From Phoronis australis (taxonomy: Eukaryota; Animalia; Phoronida), in contig NMRA01000032.1 in assembly GCA_002633005.1 (NCBI GenBank), positions 1,096,911 through 1,160,910 of the forward strand: DNA of 64,000 bases, read 5' to 3'. The position numbers and the translations under genes were made by a program. The notes below the pieces were generated by a model. It was not told the DNA's origin. It did no database searches and worked only from the letters and a program-made list of their open reading frames with translations. Positions 23,989 through 38,900 of the stretch are shown in pieces (within the stretch, counting starts at the first letter, position 1; each line of letters starts with the position of its first letter).

Positions 23989-26900
23989 TTACCTTAGTAT
24001 TCAGCTAAGTGATAAACTAATGAGGGATTCTGAATGTACTGTTTCATATAAGGTTATGTCTACCACACGTGTCTGGTTTGTTCTGATGATTGTGGAGGGA
24101 TCATAATTGATACATCCGCAAGTAGTTGAGCTAGTTCAATGTATTATTGTTGCACCACTGATTTAGATAACTGCTATTAGTAAATTAATTGGCAGAAACA
24201 TATGACAATAAAATAAAACCTGTTCATAGAATGTATTGATTGGCCTAGACACTGGGTTGAAATTTGAAGCTTTAACTGCTAAACAATTAACATAACCTGC
24301 CAAGAAGTCTCTCTGCCAGAATGCAACTGTAGATATTTTCACTGTTTTTACACAAGGTTTGTTTAATGCCAATAAGCCTGGTTAACAATCTGTTAGAATA
24401 TCAAAATGTTGTCTGACCCTCTGTAGATATTAACGCTTGTGGGAAGCAGTGATGGCATTTGAAAAGTGCATGTAACCCTGAGGTACACAGAAATTACAAC
24501 CTTCAAGACGTGAAATCTCTACTTCAAGAAATGTTATAGATCACTATGAAAATATAGATATAGCAGCGCAATAATTCCCTCTATATTCAGTTCAAGGTTT
24601 ATTTTGACTACCAAAATTTTTTGGTTAACGAAAGTTTACGCCGAATAGGAAACCTTAGAATTGGTCATCGCCGGAGATGTTCAGTTTTGGCGACCTCAGA
24701 TTTCATTTGGCCAGGTTGCGAAATGCGACTTGGCGTTTAGCTAAAGCGTCGAGTGCTGTACAGGTATAAAGTTACATGTTATGTGAATGTTAGATCTTAA
24801 AAAACCCTTGAAGGTTGACAATTAGCCGATTCCACAATTCTCAAAGAATTAAACATCAAGTGGTGTCAGTGATTAGGAGTTGATGTCATCTATGTTCCTT
24901 GTTTTGTTTTCAGAGACTGTCCTCCAGTATTGAAGATGAAGGGGTCAAAGTTGATGACCTCAGAGAGGTCGCGGGTACTGTTAGCAACAGTGTGGGACAA
25001 CACGACCGCGACCTGGTGGAGGATTTCATCAAGTACGACATTTACTTTTTAGTTGTAACATGACTGCTAGCAAATAATTACTGGTGTTAAATGTAGTCAA
25101 TTTAAAGCACTGTCTATGTGACTTTTTACAAACCTGTTAAATTTATTTTTAAATAAGTGAAAACAAGATAAGATTATTATGCAAGATTTTTTCTTAATCA
25201 CCTCAGTCTACAAAATGGAATAGATGGCTTCATACAGATCAATCCCAATACACTGTGACCGTTGTCGTTCTGAGAGCCCCACCCCCAGGTCTCAACTTCC
25301 ACCTAAATTTGTGCAAATTCGAAATTCTGTAATAAGAGTCATGGGCCGCATTAAGCTATGAAAAATCAGGAGCCTTGTTAATTTGAGCCGTTTCCACAGT
25401 CGTCGCAATTTCATCCGTCTCTCCAGGTCACCACAATTTCTAAGATATTCTGCACTAGTCACTACAACCCTGCCCCCATTTTCTCATGGCTCCATAAGCA
25501 TTGGCTCAGTTAGTGCAAGGAATAATCGGGCTCTGGGAAGACTTTATTCTAACGGAGCTGGTTCCTCTTCATTGCCTGTATCCACACAATTTTTGTTTTT
25601 ATTTTTTGGTGATGTATTTCTCATTAAAGAAAATATATGATAAAGGCAAAACATCATTTACTCACACATGCACGCATACACCCACCCGCCCACCCACACA
25701 CCCACCCACACACCCACCCACCCACACACCCACCCACCCACACACCCACACGTCATCTAACTTACGCGAAATCATGGTTGCTGCAGTTATATGGTTTTAT
25801 ATAGTAATAATAGGTGTAGTACTTAAATAAATGTGTACAACTAAGGATCGTCTGGTCTCTTGAACATTTCTAAAATATTCACAATACTTAATATGGAAGT
25901 AGCAGCTTCAATATTACATCTAAAATATGCCATCAAAATAACATTTTTATCTCACGTGTGATTCATTGCTCCACCTTGTATTTCAGGAACGCCGAGTGGC
26001 GTTTTGGAGAGGCGCACAAAAAGACAAAACGACAACAACAGCAGTACGAAGTTCTGGTGTTTAACCATGACAACCTGATGAAAGAGATTGATGGCTACCT
26101 GGCGTGGCTGAATACTCAGGAGATTAGCCTCTCTGATCAGCCCCTCAAGGGGTACCAGGTGGAGGAGGCAGAGGGAAGACTCAGGGAACAACAGGTCAGT
26201 GTTGTCATCACACTGTGGTTGTTTTTGAAAATGCTAATGAGGTTTCTATTGGTCAGTGCGACAGTTTGTGGAGAGAAAAATGAAGCAGCGTTTCAGAATC
26301 CTAATATCATTTGTGTATGTTGTCAGCAAATTTTATTTTCTGCTCTGACAGTGATTTACGTGTGCGATGAAATATCTTGGAGTAAACATAGTGTTTTCTT
26401 CACTTTTGCATTGAATATTGGGGAGGTATTACAGTGTGTGTGTTTGTATACAAGGGCGTGTGTCAGTCCAAACTTGTGAGAGGTTTCTCTTGAGCAAGCA
26501 ACAGAAGTCAGTGTAGTGGTTAATAACACTAAACTTGCATTGAATTGTGATAACAACAATGTAACATTCATACAACAATTACACTATGGAAGGATCACAA
26601 GAGGTCTGTGATAGGTGTGAGGCAGTCAATGGTAACTTAAATTACTTTGTTTAGTAAATATAGAACAGGAGTGGGGGGGTGACAAGGACGAGTACTTTAC
26701 ATATTGTGTTTTTTGTGTTTTTGCCATCATTTTGGGGTGTGGTGTTTTTCCATTTTAAATTGCGAAAAAATGTTTTCTGTTCTTCATTTCAGGCAAACAA
26801 GTAGCAAAACATCAGATTTATAATACCGCGTTGCTAAAAATGTAGTACAACTGGCCAATAGTCCAAATTATCATGCTAATAATTTTATATTTAAGTATAT

Positions 26901-29900
26901 TTCTATTGACATGAAATTTGACAATCATCAACTTTTTATTCCAAATTTTATTCCAACATGAATGTTTAGTGTGACAAGAATTGGTGTCATTCTTTATAAG
27001 TGGGGCCATTGTTTTATTATTCATATTTTTAAAGCTGTATTTATTGATAGATCCATATTTAATGAAATTCTCCCTTAAAGATTTTTAACGTGGATTTTCC
27101 TTCATTTAGGCTCTATGTCGGGATATTGATAGTAAACGTACTATCTTGGACGCCGTTAGTCGTCAAGGTGAGGGACTGTTACGTGATCTCACTCCAACAG
27201 AGCGTGAGCATGTTGAAAGTCGCATGCAAGAAGTGATAGACAAACAGCATCGCCTTAGTAACGATGCCTCTCTAAGGACTAGTGAGCTGTCAAAGTGTGT
27301 CGATCGACGACAAGAATTCCGGCATAATTATGAGAAAGTCACAGATTGGTTGGATGATCAGGCGGCCATGTTGAGTAAGCAGGGACATCCAAGATTACAC
27401 ACGGTGGATATTGAAAAACAGCAGGAGAAACAGAAGGTGAGGTTGTTGTGAAAGTAAGAAATGGTACAGTTTTAGGAAATGATACGTCTTAGTGTGATGT
27501 TCTGTTTATTTCGTGGCATGTAAAGTTTTGGAAACCTTTTATAACTGTTTTAAACTAATGAAAGAGCCTAAGGTGGACCAGTACTGAACCAGTACTGTCC
27601 CCCATTAGCCGACCTTGACAGGCAGGTGGTATATGTAGCAGGGTCAGTAAATACCCTGTTATTTCTAAAGTCTGTTGGTCTATTTACATGAATCTTAGTT
27701 ACATTCATTGGCACTACATTTCGCTCGGTCATTTCCCTGACCACCTTCTAGTCAGTGTTAAGCGTTCTTTGAAAAAAGGGTGTGTGGTACATTGTGATGG
27801 TCATCGATTGGCGCTTTTGGGAATTGTATTTTTCCGTTATACACAGTGGGATTTCAAACTTGAAGCTTTCAGTTGACACTCCAGCATTCTAACCAGTGGA
27901 TAAATAGGCTGGAGGTTGTGTAAATGGACCAATAAGTGGAAATGGACCGATAGGCTTTAGAAAAGATGTTGCTACATTACCACGTCAAATCAGTATTAAG
28001 AATTCTTTAATACCCTACAGTGACCTAAACACTATGACCTGGTTGACATGATAGATCTTGTAAAAGACTGGCAGTGAAAATGGTCATCTAGGCTCACTGC
28101 CCCCAAAAGATAGCAGTGGCTTTGACACGAAGACTCCGAATTTCAATAAATTTATTCTGTTATGTGTGCTGTTCATGTCTTTACTTAAGTATGGCCACTC
28201 TCACTCTAAACCCTGTTTCTGGTATTACTGTAGGCTGTTTTGTCTGAGGTTGGACTATACCAGTCTAACTTATCTGAGGTAGCCTCACGTGCCAGCGATC
28301 TGCGGGCAGATTGCGATGATGAAAACAAGGCGGAACTAGATGGCAAAGTCACAGGTGAGTTAATTATGAAGGTATGACATAGACTTTGTTTACAACCCAG
28401 ATATAATGCTTCGCGGTTTCTGGGTTTGTTATTATTTCTTTGTATGTTCTGTGTATCCTTCAATAAATATATATCACAGTGAACATAGACTTATAACTTG
28501 AAATGTTGCTTTTGAAGATCCCTTACATTTTGTTACCCTGGTATTTACAAAAATAACTTTGACTAGAATTGTGCATCAGATGATGCCCGAAATAGCACGT
28601 ATGGTAGAATGTCTCCTACTTAGCACTCAATATGGTTGACAAGTAAACTTGTTTTCTCATTTTTTCGTAAAAGATATGTTTATGCTAAATAACCATTTCA
28701 AATTTTGTACGATAGCTACCATCAGGAAATATTTGAAAATTTGTTGGCATTCATAAAAATTTTAGAAGACCTTGAAAAATGAAAAAGGGGTTATTTTGGC
28801 ATTTTTTTTGCCTGAAATTGTATTGTTCTTGAACTGTAAAACCAAATGAAACTCTCCATTGAATCACAGACAGTAGTCATTCCAGTTGTACGCCGACGTT
28901 GTGTGCACGCCGTGGCTTTAAAATAAAAATTCCTCAGAAATCACAGTGTCTTGTGAATTATAATGTGAATTGTATTCTTTCATTAGAATTACAAGAAAGA
29001 TATGAACAGCTCAAGACATCAATCCAGGATTGCATGGATAATCTCCAAGGTCATGTGTCTGTCAGGAAACAGTTTGAGTCGGACATGTTGAAGGTGGAAC
29101 TCTGGGTAAAAGAGACGGACATTTTCTGCTCTACCCAGCTCAACACTGACTGCTCCATTGAGGCCTTGGATGAACAAATTAAGAAACATAAGGTAGATCA
29201 TGCTGCAACCATAAACTTTACAATATTCTGTTTTAATGTTAAAATCTCCATTTTGGTAAGATCATTTGGTGGCGTAATGTAGGCAATATAATTTTGTAGA
29301 TGGGCCAGAGGTCTTTGTACTGATCTATAGTCCAAGCACACCTCAATAAGTCTCCTTTGACCAATATCAAAGCGACTCTCATAGATTATGTCATTCATTC
29401 TATAGTACAATTTGAAGTGCTGGCATTGTGTGTTAGAAATTTGTTCTTTGGACCAAAACATACCATAAAACATTCTTTTCAAGTTTTTATCCACAGGAAG
29501 AGTTATTTTTGTGTAAAAATCATATCAGTGTTAAGATTTCAGGTAATTTGTAAAACATTAAAAAAGGTGAGCTAAGTAGTATCCACCATCCTTCTGTTAA
29601 TTCTCTTGTGTTCCAGGGCCTATTAAATGCTGCCAGGGTGTTTGAATCTCTGATAGGAGATCTGGACCAGCGGGGTGCCAGCATGGCACAGGACCTTAGT
29701 GAGCCTGATACACAACAGATGGAGTTGGAGCTCGCAGAACTTAGAAATCAATTAAACAGGTTAGTTCAGGGCATACTACTAGTGATTGAGGGGTGTGCAC
29801 CTGAGCTGAATAGCATTTACTGTGGAGGTGAAATACCATGACCAAACCATTATTAACCCCTTCAAGTGTGGTGAGCCGTGAATCGTCTAAAGATGAATCT

Positions 29901-32900
29901 ATGGACGTCTGTTAGCAGCCAAAATGTTTTTAGGCGTGGCTTATGGGAATTGGGTCGTTGTTTTCCGGTTGTTACAGGGTTTTATTGTTTTGCCTCTGTC
30001 GGCTAATTTGGTAAAAAAAACAATCCTGATGGTCAGGAAATGGTATATAGTATTGGTTCAGTGATGCTTGGACATTTGCCAAAATGGCTTCTGTAGTATC
30101 ATTTTTTCCAGAAAAATCTCAAGGTGGTGTTAATATTTTTTATGAGAATTGGGAATAAAATTTTGGGGAAAAGTACTATAAATTGAACATTACATTAGGA
30201 AGAATACTTCCAATCACCAGTAACAAACATCCAGGCGAAATTTGCACACAGTTACGCAAATTGCCGAGCGGTCATTTCAAATTATGTTGAATCATTTTTT
30301 TCAAATCATATGAAAATATCTCACACTGTGTACAGGATGGGTAAATATAAAATTCATGGTTGCATTTCTTCACTTCATTTCACTTGGTTATCAAAAATCT
30401 CCTCAGGACTAGATCAGAAGTGAGTGAGCGACTTGATAAACTGGAGGGATCGTTGTCGTCTCGTAGTCAGCTTGAGGAAGAGATCCTGGATAACTCTCGT
30501 TGGCTGTCTGTAGCGCAGGATGAGTTGAAGAGGCTACTCAAGCCTGTGGGACCCAGGGTTGTTGATGCACAGAAGGCCCTCGCCAATTGTCAGGTATGAA
30601 CTGTTATGTCAGAGTAGCTCTACAAGAAATGAGATGACTTGGTACATCTAGGAATAATAACAGTTGCCGTTTTCATTTATTTTGTTAGTGTTCTCTACTT
30701 TTACTTAACTATACCGTCTCATGTAATCTGCTTTTTATCTTCAAGGATTTTGAAAATAGATATTTTCAAGGGTTTACAATTACTTGTTTAAACAGACATT
30801 GGAAGAACTATTACTAAAAATAACATTTAGTTGCCTTGTTATCCTATGTCGTTTTTCAATGCTTCAATTTAGATGAGATAATCTTAGACTTAGGTTATCT
30901 TTGAATCATGAATTCTTCACTTTTTAAGACTGCGAGATTGAATTCGTGTATGGTGAAATATGATATATCTGAAGGGCCTAGTGTACGAACTAGTACAACC
31001 ATATCACTGAGCTTTGTCGGAGTTGACCAAAAAATTTGAGTTATGCATGTGCAATTTAGGCACGTTTTACAGTNNNNNNNNNNNNNNNNNNNNNNNNNNN
31101 NNNNNNNNNNNNNNNNNNNNNNNNNNNNNNNNNNNNNNNNNNNNNNNNNNNNNNNNNNNNNNNNNNNNNNNNNNNNNNNNNNNNNNNNNNNNNNNNNNNN
31201 NNNNNNNNNNNNNNNNNNNNNNNNNNNNNNNNNNNNNNNNNNNNNNNNNNNNNNNNNNNNNNNNNNNNNNNNNNNNNNNNNNNNNNNNNNNNNNNNNNNN
31301 NNNNNNNNNNNNNNNNNNNNNNNNNNNNNNNNNNNNNNNNNNNNNNNNNNNNNNNNNNNNNNNNNNNNNNNNNNNNNNNNNNNNNNNNNNNNNNNNNNNN
31401 NNNNNNNNNNNNNNNNNNNNNNNNNNNNNNNNNNNNNNNNNNNNNNNNNTTTAGTCCTCCCGATTTTTGTCGGGGAAAGGTTCACATTGACCAATTCAAG
31501 GCTGGTTATCGGCATGATTTGGGCCGTAAAAGTTTCAAAGTTTCCGCGTTTTTTGTCATTGGTCATTCCAAGCCCTGAATCATATGAAAACTGCCCACAC
31601 TGTAAACAGCATGGGTAAATATAAAATTTATGGTTGCATTTCTTCACTTCATTTCATTTGGTTGTCAAAAATCTCCTCAGGACTAGATCAGAAGTGAGTG
31701 AGCGACTTGATAAACTGGAGGGATCGTTGTCGTCTCGTAGCCAGCTTGAGGAAGAGATCCTGGATAACTCTCGTTGGCTGTCTGTAGCACAGGATGAGTT
31801 GAAGAGGCTACTCAAGCCTGTGGGACCCAGGGTTGTTGATGCACAGAAGGCCCTCGCCAACTGTGAGGTATGAACTGTTATGTCAGAGTAGCTCTACAAG
31901 AAATGAGATGACTTGGTACATCTTGGAATAATAACAGTTACCGTTTTCATTTATTTTGTTAGTGTTCTCTACTTTTACTTAACTATACCGTCTCATGTAA
32001 TCTGCTTTTTATCATCAAGGATTTTGAAAATAGATATTTTCAAGGGTTTACAATTACTTGTTTAAACAGACATTGGAAGAACTATTACTAAAAATAACAT
32101 TTAGTTGCCTTGTTATCCTATGTCGTTTTTCAATGCTTCAATTTAGATGAGATAATCTGAGACTTAGGTTATCTTTGAATCATGAATTCTTCACTTTTTA
32201 AGACTGCGAGATTGAATCCGTGTATGGTGAAATATGATATATCTGAAGGGCCTAGTGTACGAACTAGTACAACCATATCACTGAGCTTTGTCGGAGTTGA
32301 CCAAAAAATTTGAGTTATGCATGTGCAATTTAGGCACGTTTTACAGTAGAACAATTTACTTTAGCTTGGAAATATTTCCTGTGAATGAAATTTCACTGTA
32401 CACAATAAAAATTTCCTTTGATCTAGCAAAGATTACGTTTTTATTCTCACTCATGAGTTATTTTCTGCTTTCAGAAACTGCAAGACAAACTTGTTGCTCA
32501 CAAACAGTCCATGAACAAACTCAAACAAGCCAAGGAAGATTTAGTCAACTGTGGGCAGGTAGTGAACGAGGAAGAGATCTCGCGTGTCAGCGCCACCTAT
32601 GATCAGCTGATGAAACAGGTGGCCAAACAATGCAACAAGCTGAACCAGGACGTGGATTTGAGGGAAGAGTACGAGACTAGCCGAGTGGAGCTAGAGGCAT
32701 GCCTGAAGGAGTGCGTGGATCAAGTAGACGCAATAGACCAGCCTGGTGTGTCCACTCCTGCCAAACTGGATAGGTGTAAGGTAAGATTAGGTGGGGGAAC
32801 GAGCGGGTCTAGGTGTATGGAGCTGGGCTGTGCTCTGTGGATCCAAGACATTCTCGAGGAAAGCTAGTGTAATCATGTGCTTTGGCTTGTGGTGCATAGT

Positions 32901-35900
32901 GATATCTCGCAGACTTGGGTGATCTTGCGTTTTCATGAGATTCTTGTGCCTACGGATTGCTTGCCTGGAGACATCAGTTAACTGTTGGCTGCTTGCTGAT
33001 TAATGTCATTGGTTAGACATTCAGAGAAAAAAATATGCCCGGATTGCAGTCAATTAATTTATGTTGAGCTCGTAAAGCCCAATCACTCGTCATGAGTCAT
33101 TTCCTATGTACGCAGACCATTTTCACTCAAGTGGTCAGAATGGACATCTGCACATCAATAGCCAACAATGCTAACCGACAGGTAACATTCCCCGACATAT
33201 TAGTAATCTAACTCTTTTAACTGGATGTCGACTACAACAACCTAGTATGTGGAGATGTTCTATTTCACTTTAAAGACACTAAATAAAATTAATACAGGTT
33301 TTGCCAAGTGCTAGTTGAAATTCCGTTAAAAGCTACTTCTAGTAACATGTGACATTAATCCAAGATACATTCTTAAACCCATGAAAGTATCAGTTTTAGT
33401 TTTGGTTGACTCTCAGATGCAACCACCCCTGTGTGATATCCTTTTGGTATCATTTTATTTTCTTCTCGTGTTTACTAGGCTGTGTCCGAACTTCTCCAGT
33501 CCTGTGAGCCTCTTGTTGAAACTCTCGACACCAAAGCCCAACTGTTGTCGTTGGAAAGTTCTAGTTTTGATGGCAGGGCTGTCACTGAAAAAGTCGACGC
33601 CCTCAGAGCTAAAGCTCATTCTGTTGCCAAAGACGTTGACAAGAAAATGAAGGATTCATCTCAGACTATAAAAGAGCGAGAAGTGTTTGAACATGAACTT
33701 GATGCAGCTGTCGACTGGCTGCACCAAAGGGAGGCTGAACTTGGCGAGAGGGCGCCACTGAGCATGGATATTGATACTGTAGACGGCAAGTTGACAAAGC
33801 ATGAACAACTTGGAGCGGATGTGTTAGACAAAATATCTGAAGTAGAGCAAAAGATTGAGGATCAAAGGTCACAGTTCATGACCCTTGAGGAAGCTGTGCC
33901 TCTTCACCTGACAGAGAAAATTGAACAGTTCCAGGAGTTTAGAGAAAATATTAAGGTAAAGTTTGACAAGTTGCCTCAGCAACACTGCTGTTGATTTGCA
34001 ATCAATTTTTGATTTTCAGTCAATTTTCATCTTTCCTTTGGTCAGATGTGCAATCTCCTTTACCTACTTCTTTTTTGTTTACTAATATGAAAAAACTTAA
34101 ATTTGAATGAATTCTACATCATTTTTCACAATTTTTGACAAACGCAACTATAGAATGTACTAAAAGAATGGCTGTGCATTGTAGAAATATTTTCTAGTGA
34201 GTGCTGGTTATCAATGTGGAAAATTTAGTGTGCATTCATGAATTGTCTGCCTTCAGAACAAACTGGAAGAAAAAGCCGACAGTCTTCACGAGGCGAAAGT
34301 AGAGAGAGAACGATTTGACACACTGACTGATTCCGTCACATCGTGGCTGGATTCTGCTGGAAGAATGATGTCTTCTAGTTATGATGGCATTGATTACGAT
34401 AACATTCCTGATGAATTGGAACAGCTTCAGGTGAGGCATTTGGTTGTGGCATATTTTATTAAAATTTTAATTCATTGTCTTCACCTTATGATAGATTTTT
34501 AATTTTAGATGATCTTTTGAATTTGGGAAGGAGGAATTAGTTGGAAATTGGTGAATTTTCGTCTCTATTTTTGATAAGAAGGGATTTTTGTGTAAGTATT
34601 TGACCTGTAAATGTCGTCATTAATTTATTGCATCTGTGGTTTACTTGAATTTTTTCGTTGCTCTCCGAAACTCGTTACTTGGTAATAAAAAAGTGTGTTT
34701 GCATCTGTTACTTAAGAGATCAAAGTATAAACATTATGTGTCAATTTTTGAATTCTTAATTGGAGACATTTTATTAACTGATTCAGAAGTAATATTACGT
34801 AACTCAATTGTATTACAGAAATTCTTTGCCGAGGAACAAAAGTGCCAAGACCAACTGGATCAACTAGTTGACTTGGCTGAGAAGATAACTCCATCTCTGG
34901 ATAGTAATGATACAGCCACAGTGAAACAGACTCTGTCTAATGTCAACTCAAGGCTTGGCAACTTGGTGTCACAGGCTGAAGTGAAGCAGGGAGGCTTGGA
35001 GAGTGAGATGCAGAACTGGAAACACTTTCAGGTATTACTATGTGTTGTTTGAATCAGTGTGGAGACTGGATGACTTGGTATGGTAAATGATGTGGAGTAA
35101 ACCTAGAATAATGTTATAACAAGTGACTTGGTATATGGTAAATTGTGTGGACTTTGATAAGAGCACTGATTCTAACATGTGACTAATAGGGTAAACCTGT
35201 GGCAATGGTAAGAGTGAGTGACATTTGTGAAGTAATGGTGATTTCGTCCTGTCCATTGTGACTCCTATTCACAGCTGGGTATCTATGGTGACACTTCTGT
35301 TTTGGACAGAGGAACTTGTTTCTATTTTCTGAAAGATACCTTTCGCTGTGAGTACAGTAATGAATTTGCCCCTTCTTTTGCTGGGAGGCTGAAATCATTT
35401 GCTAAAATGTGCCAAAGCTAAAGCTTTCCAGTGTATGTATTTTCCTGTATGTTTTGAATATTCATCTCGTCAATGTGATTTATTTTCTGTGAATTTCAAA
35501 CTACTTGATTTTCTCTAACTTGTCAAGAGTTCACATTCAATTAATTTTGAAGTTATGTTTCCTTTAATAGGAGCAAGCAGATCATCTGGATGGTGTTCTT
35601 GCCCAAGCGGGTGACCAGTGGTCATCCATTGACCACACACCCCCAACTGAGGTGAGCACTGCCCAGTCACAGCTCAGAGAAACCATGGAGTTCCAGTCCA
35701 ACTTGCTGGAGCACCAACCACTCATTGAGCAGCTGACGGAGTTGGCTCGACTGATTGAGCGTAAAGGTGACTCTGCCAGCCGTCACACTGTCGACAGGAG
35801 GCTGGGACTGGTGATGGATCGGTGGACTGGATTGAAGACGAAGGCCGGGGATGCCCAGCAAGAGTTGAAGGTGGGTGGGGAAGTTGTTTTTTCAATGCCA

Positions 35901-38900
35901 ATTATAGTACAACTGTAAAGTGCATAGATTTATGCTCGTGGTATATATGATAAGAATCGTATAGTGCTGTAGTATCAGTGAATATATTTTCTTTATGAAA
36001 TGTTTATCTTCTGGATGGCTAATTCATGGAAAAAATATCCAAAAGCTCACCTCATGGCTTGTCATTTAGAAAAAAAGAAGTGCTGCAAACACATCTCTGA
36101 GTTAATCATTTTTATGCTTCCTTTGTATTTGTTGCTTGTATCAGAGCTTTAAATAATCAGCTACTTTCCATAAATATCAGAGATGTACGAGTGAAACATT
36201 TTAAAATGAATGAAATTTTTGTTTGGCACACAGTCAAGACTGTTATCTCTGCATTACTAGTACATGATTCTTTTTTCTTTATTTCGAACCCTGACTAGTC
36301 AACACATGTAGAACTTAATGAAATAATGCACTGTTGTCAAAGCATCGTTACACTGGAATGCATTTTACTGTAGACCCTGACCACAGAGTGGGAGAACTAC
36401 TTAGAGAATGCCAAGCACATGTCAGAGTTTATACAGCAGATAGAGTCTAGCTTGGCAACACCTAACATATCTGAAATGAGCACAGTGGAATTACAAGAAC
36501 ACCTGGACAATATCAAGGTATCAGATTTGCCGTATTTGTAAAATGTGTCGTATAAGTTTGTTTTAATGTCACTGGTTGTGAGTCAATTTTGAGTGATTCT
36601 TGCATTTTGGTGTGAACAGCAAAATGTGCTATTGTTCATACAGTTGGTTATCAAAATTTTCCATGTGCTAACCACAATCTTTTTGGGAAAACCTCTCCCG
36701 TTACAAGGCGTACTCACTTCCTGCTCTTTTCTCAGAAATATTTGTGGAAAATTTGGAAGTAACACACAGGCTATTAAGAGTGACTCCATATAAAAACCAA
36801 CAGGTAGAGTCTATACCCAAAATCACCGATTTTTTTGAAACTTAGCACATGAGTTTGGTTTGTTGAGATGTAGAAAAACCTCACTTTCTAAGAATTTTCA
36901 TTCATTATTTTTCTTTTTATGACCTGTACCTCCATTTTGCAACAAAATTGGGCGTCGAAGTAGGCATGTTTGAATGCATTTTACTAGCATGTGTGGAAAG
37001 GTCAAAACAAATGAATAATACAAACAGAAAGCGCAGTGGCTGAATAATTTAATGACATAACTTTCAAAATCCATTTTTAAATTTGTACGTTTTGAATTTG
37101 TGAGGCAAAAACGGCTATTCTTCAGGTTTTCACTGAAGCCATTTTCGGCCAAATTTGGCACTCTGTAGCAGCCATAACGCACCTTTCCTGAAATTGACTT
37201 TGTAATAATTTGTTTAGTCATTCATAACCTGTTCATAATCTAAAATAAAAAATCTTGCCTCTAATGTAGTTTTTGCGTACGAAGCATTACACGAACTGCA
37301 CTTNTGGAAAAAAACATCCAAAAGCTCACCTCATGGCTTGTCATTTAGAAAAAAAGAAGTGCTGCAAACACATCTCTGAGTTAATCATTTTTATGCTTCC
37401 TTTGTATTTGTTGCTTGTATCAGAGCTTTAAATAATCAGCTGCTTTCCATAAATATCAGAGATGTACGAGTGAAACATTTTAAAATGAATGAAATTTTTG
37501 TTTGGCACACAGCCAAGGCTGTTATCTCTGCATTACTAGTACATGATTCTTTTTGCTTTATTTCTTACCCTGACTAGTCAACACATGTAGAACTTAATGA
37601 AATAATGCACTGTTGTCAAAGCATCGTTACACTGGAATGCATTTTACTGTAGACCCTGACCACAGAGTGGGAGAACTACTTAGAGAATGCCAAGCACATG
37701 TCAGAGTTTATACAGGAGATAGAGTCTAGCCTGGCAACACCTAACATATCTGAAATGAGCACAGTGGAATTACAGGAACACCTGGACAATATCAAGGTAT
37801 CAGATTTGCTGTATTTGTGAAATGTGTCATATAAGTTTGTTTTTATGTCACTGGTTGTGAGTCAATTTTGAGTGATTCTTGCATTTTGGTGTGAACAGCA
37901 AAATGTGCTATTGTTCGTACAGTTGGTTATCAAAATCTTTTTGGGAAAACCTCTCCCCTTACAAGGCGTACTCACTTCCTGCTTTTTTTTTATTTTTGGA
38001 AAATTTTGAAGTAACACACAGGCTATTAATCACCGTTCCCAGTGTATCTTTCTGCGCTTTTGAAAATATCTATTTATGTTGTTGATTTTTTGCACTTGAC
38101 TGTTTGCAGAGGAATGAATGACTTCTGCTATCCACAATCTATTTGTTGCTTACATACGTGTTAAGTTGCATCAAAGGTAGCTGGAATGTTTTTTATTTTA
38201 TTCTTAGAAGCTTCATTCAGACGTTAAAATGGGTCAAGAAGATTTGAACACATTCCAAAAAAGTGGCGATTCGCTCGTCTTGATACTGCCCCCTAGTGAC
38301 GAGAGGAAGAACGTAAAGCGTCAAGTATACTCATTGAAAGAACAGTATGACAAGTAAGTATGCCTGAGATTGTGCCCCTTTGTGATAAATGTGTGGCACT
38401 AGTGAAACAAGGGTCCTACTGTGGAATTACATACAGACAGGCAGTCGTGTAGTACCCTTATCTCATGAACGCACCCACCCGGACTGATGTGCTGCATTCT
38501 GTTCTAGATCTACTGTATTCAGATGTTATTGTCTAGTTGCGCATGGATCTGTTGTTTTTCTGCTATACAATTGTGTAGTTCAGTACCGTATTTTAGATAC
38601 CACACAGTAATCTTGAATTTTCCTCTTAGTCATTTGCATGTGTTGTATTTTAGTTAATTAAAGTTGATTGAAACAGTTATGTGAAGACACAGTTTTATCT
38701 TAAGCTATGCCATTCTTGTCCACTCGGTCTCATTCCAGATTGCAAGATTCACTTGTGCAGGCTCAGCAGAAAGTAGAACGTGAAATCCAGGATAGGAATG
38801 TGTTTGAGGCAGAAATCAACGATGCAATTACATGGCTCAAATCCGCGGATGCCGTCCTACAAGAGCCGGTTATGAGCAGTAAGAATTCGGAGCAAGTCCA

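Noticed and set aside
29852-30345. ttaaccc...gggtaaa, suggesting a piggyBac-like MITE
   Set aside because: The terminal inverted repeats do not extend convincingly.
30895-31647. Long ORFs spanning the N run
   Set aside because: Artefacts of translating the assembly gap.
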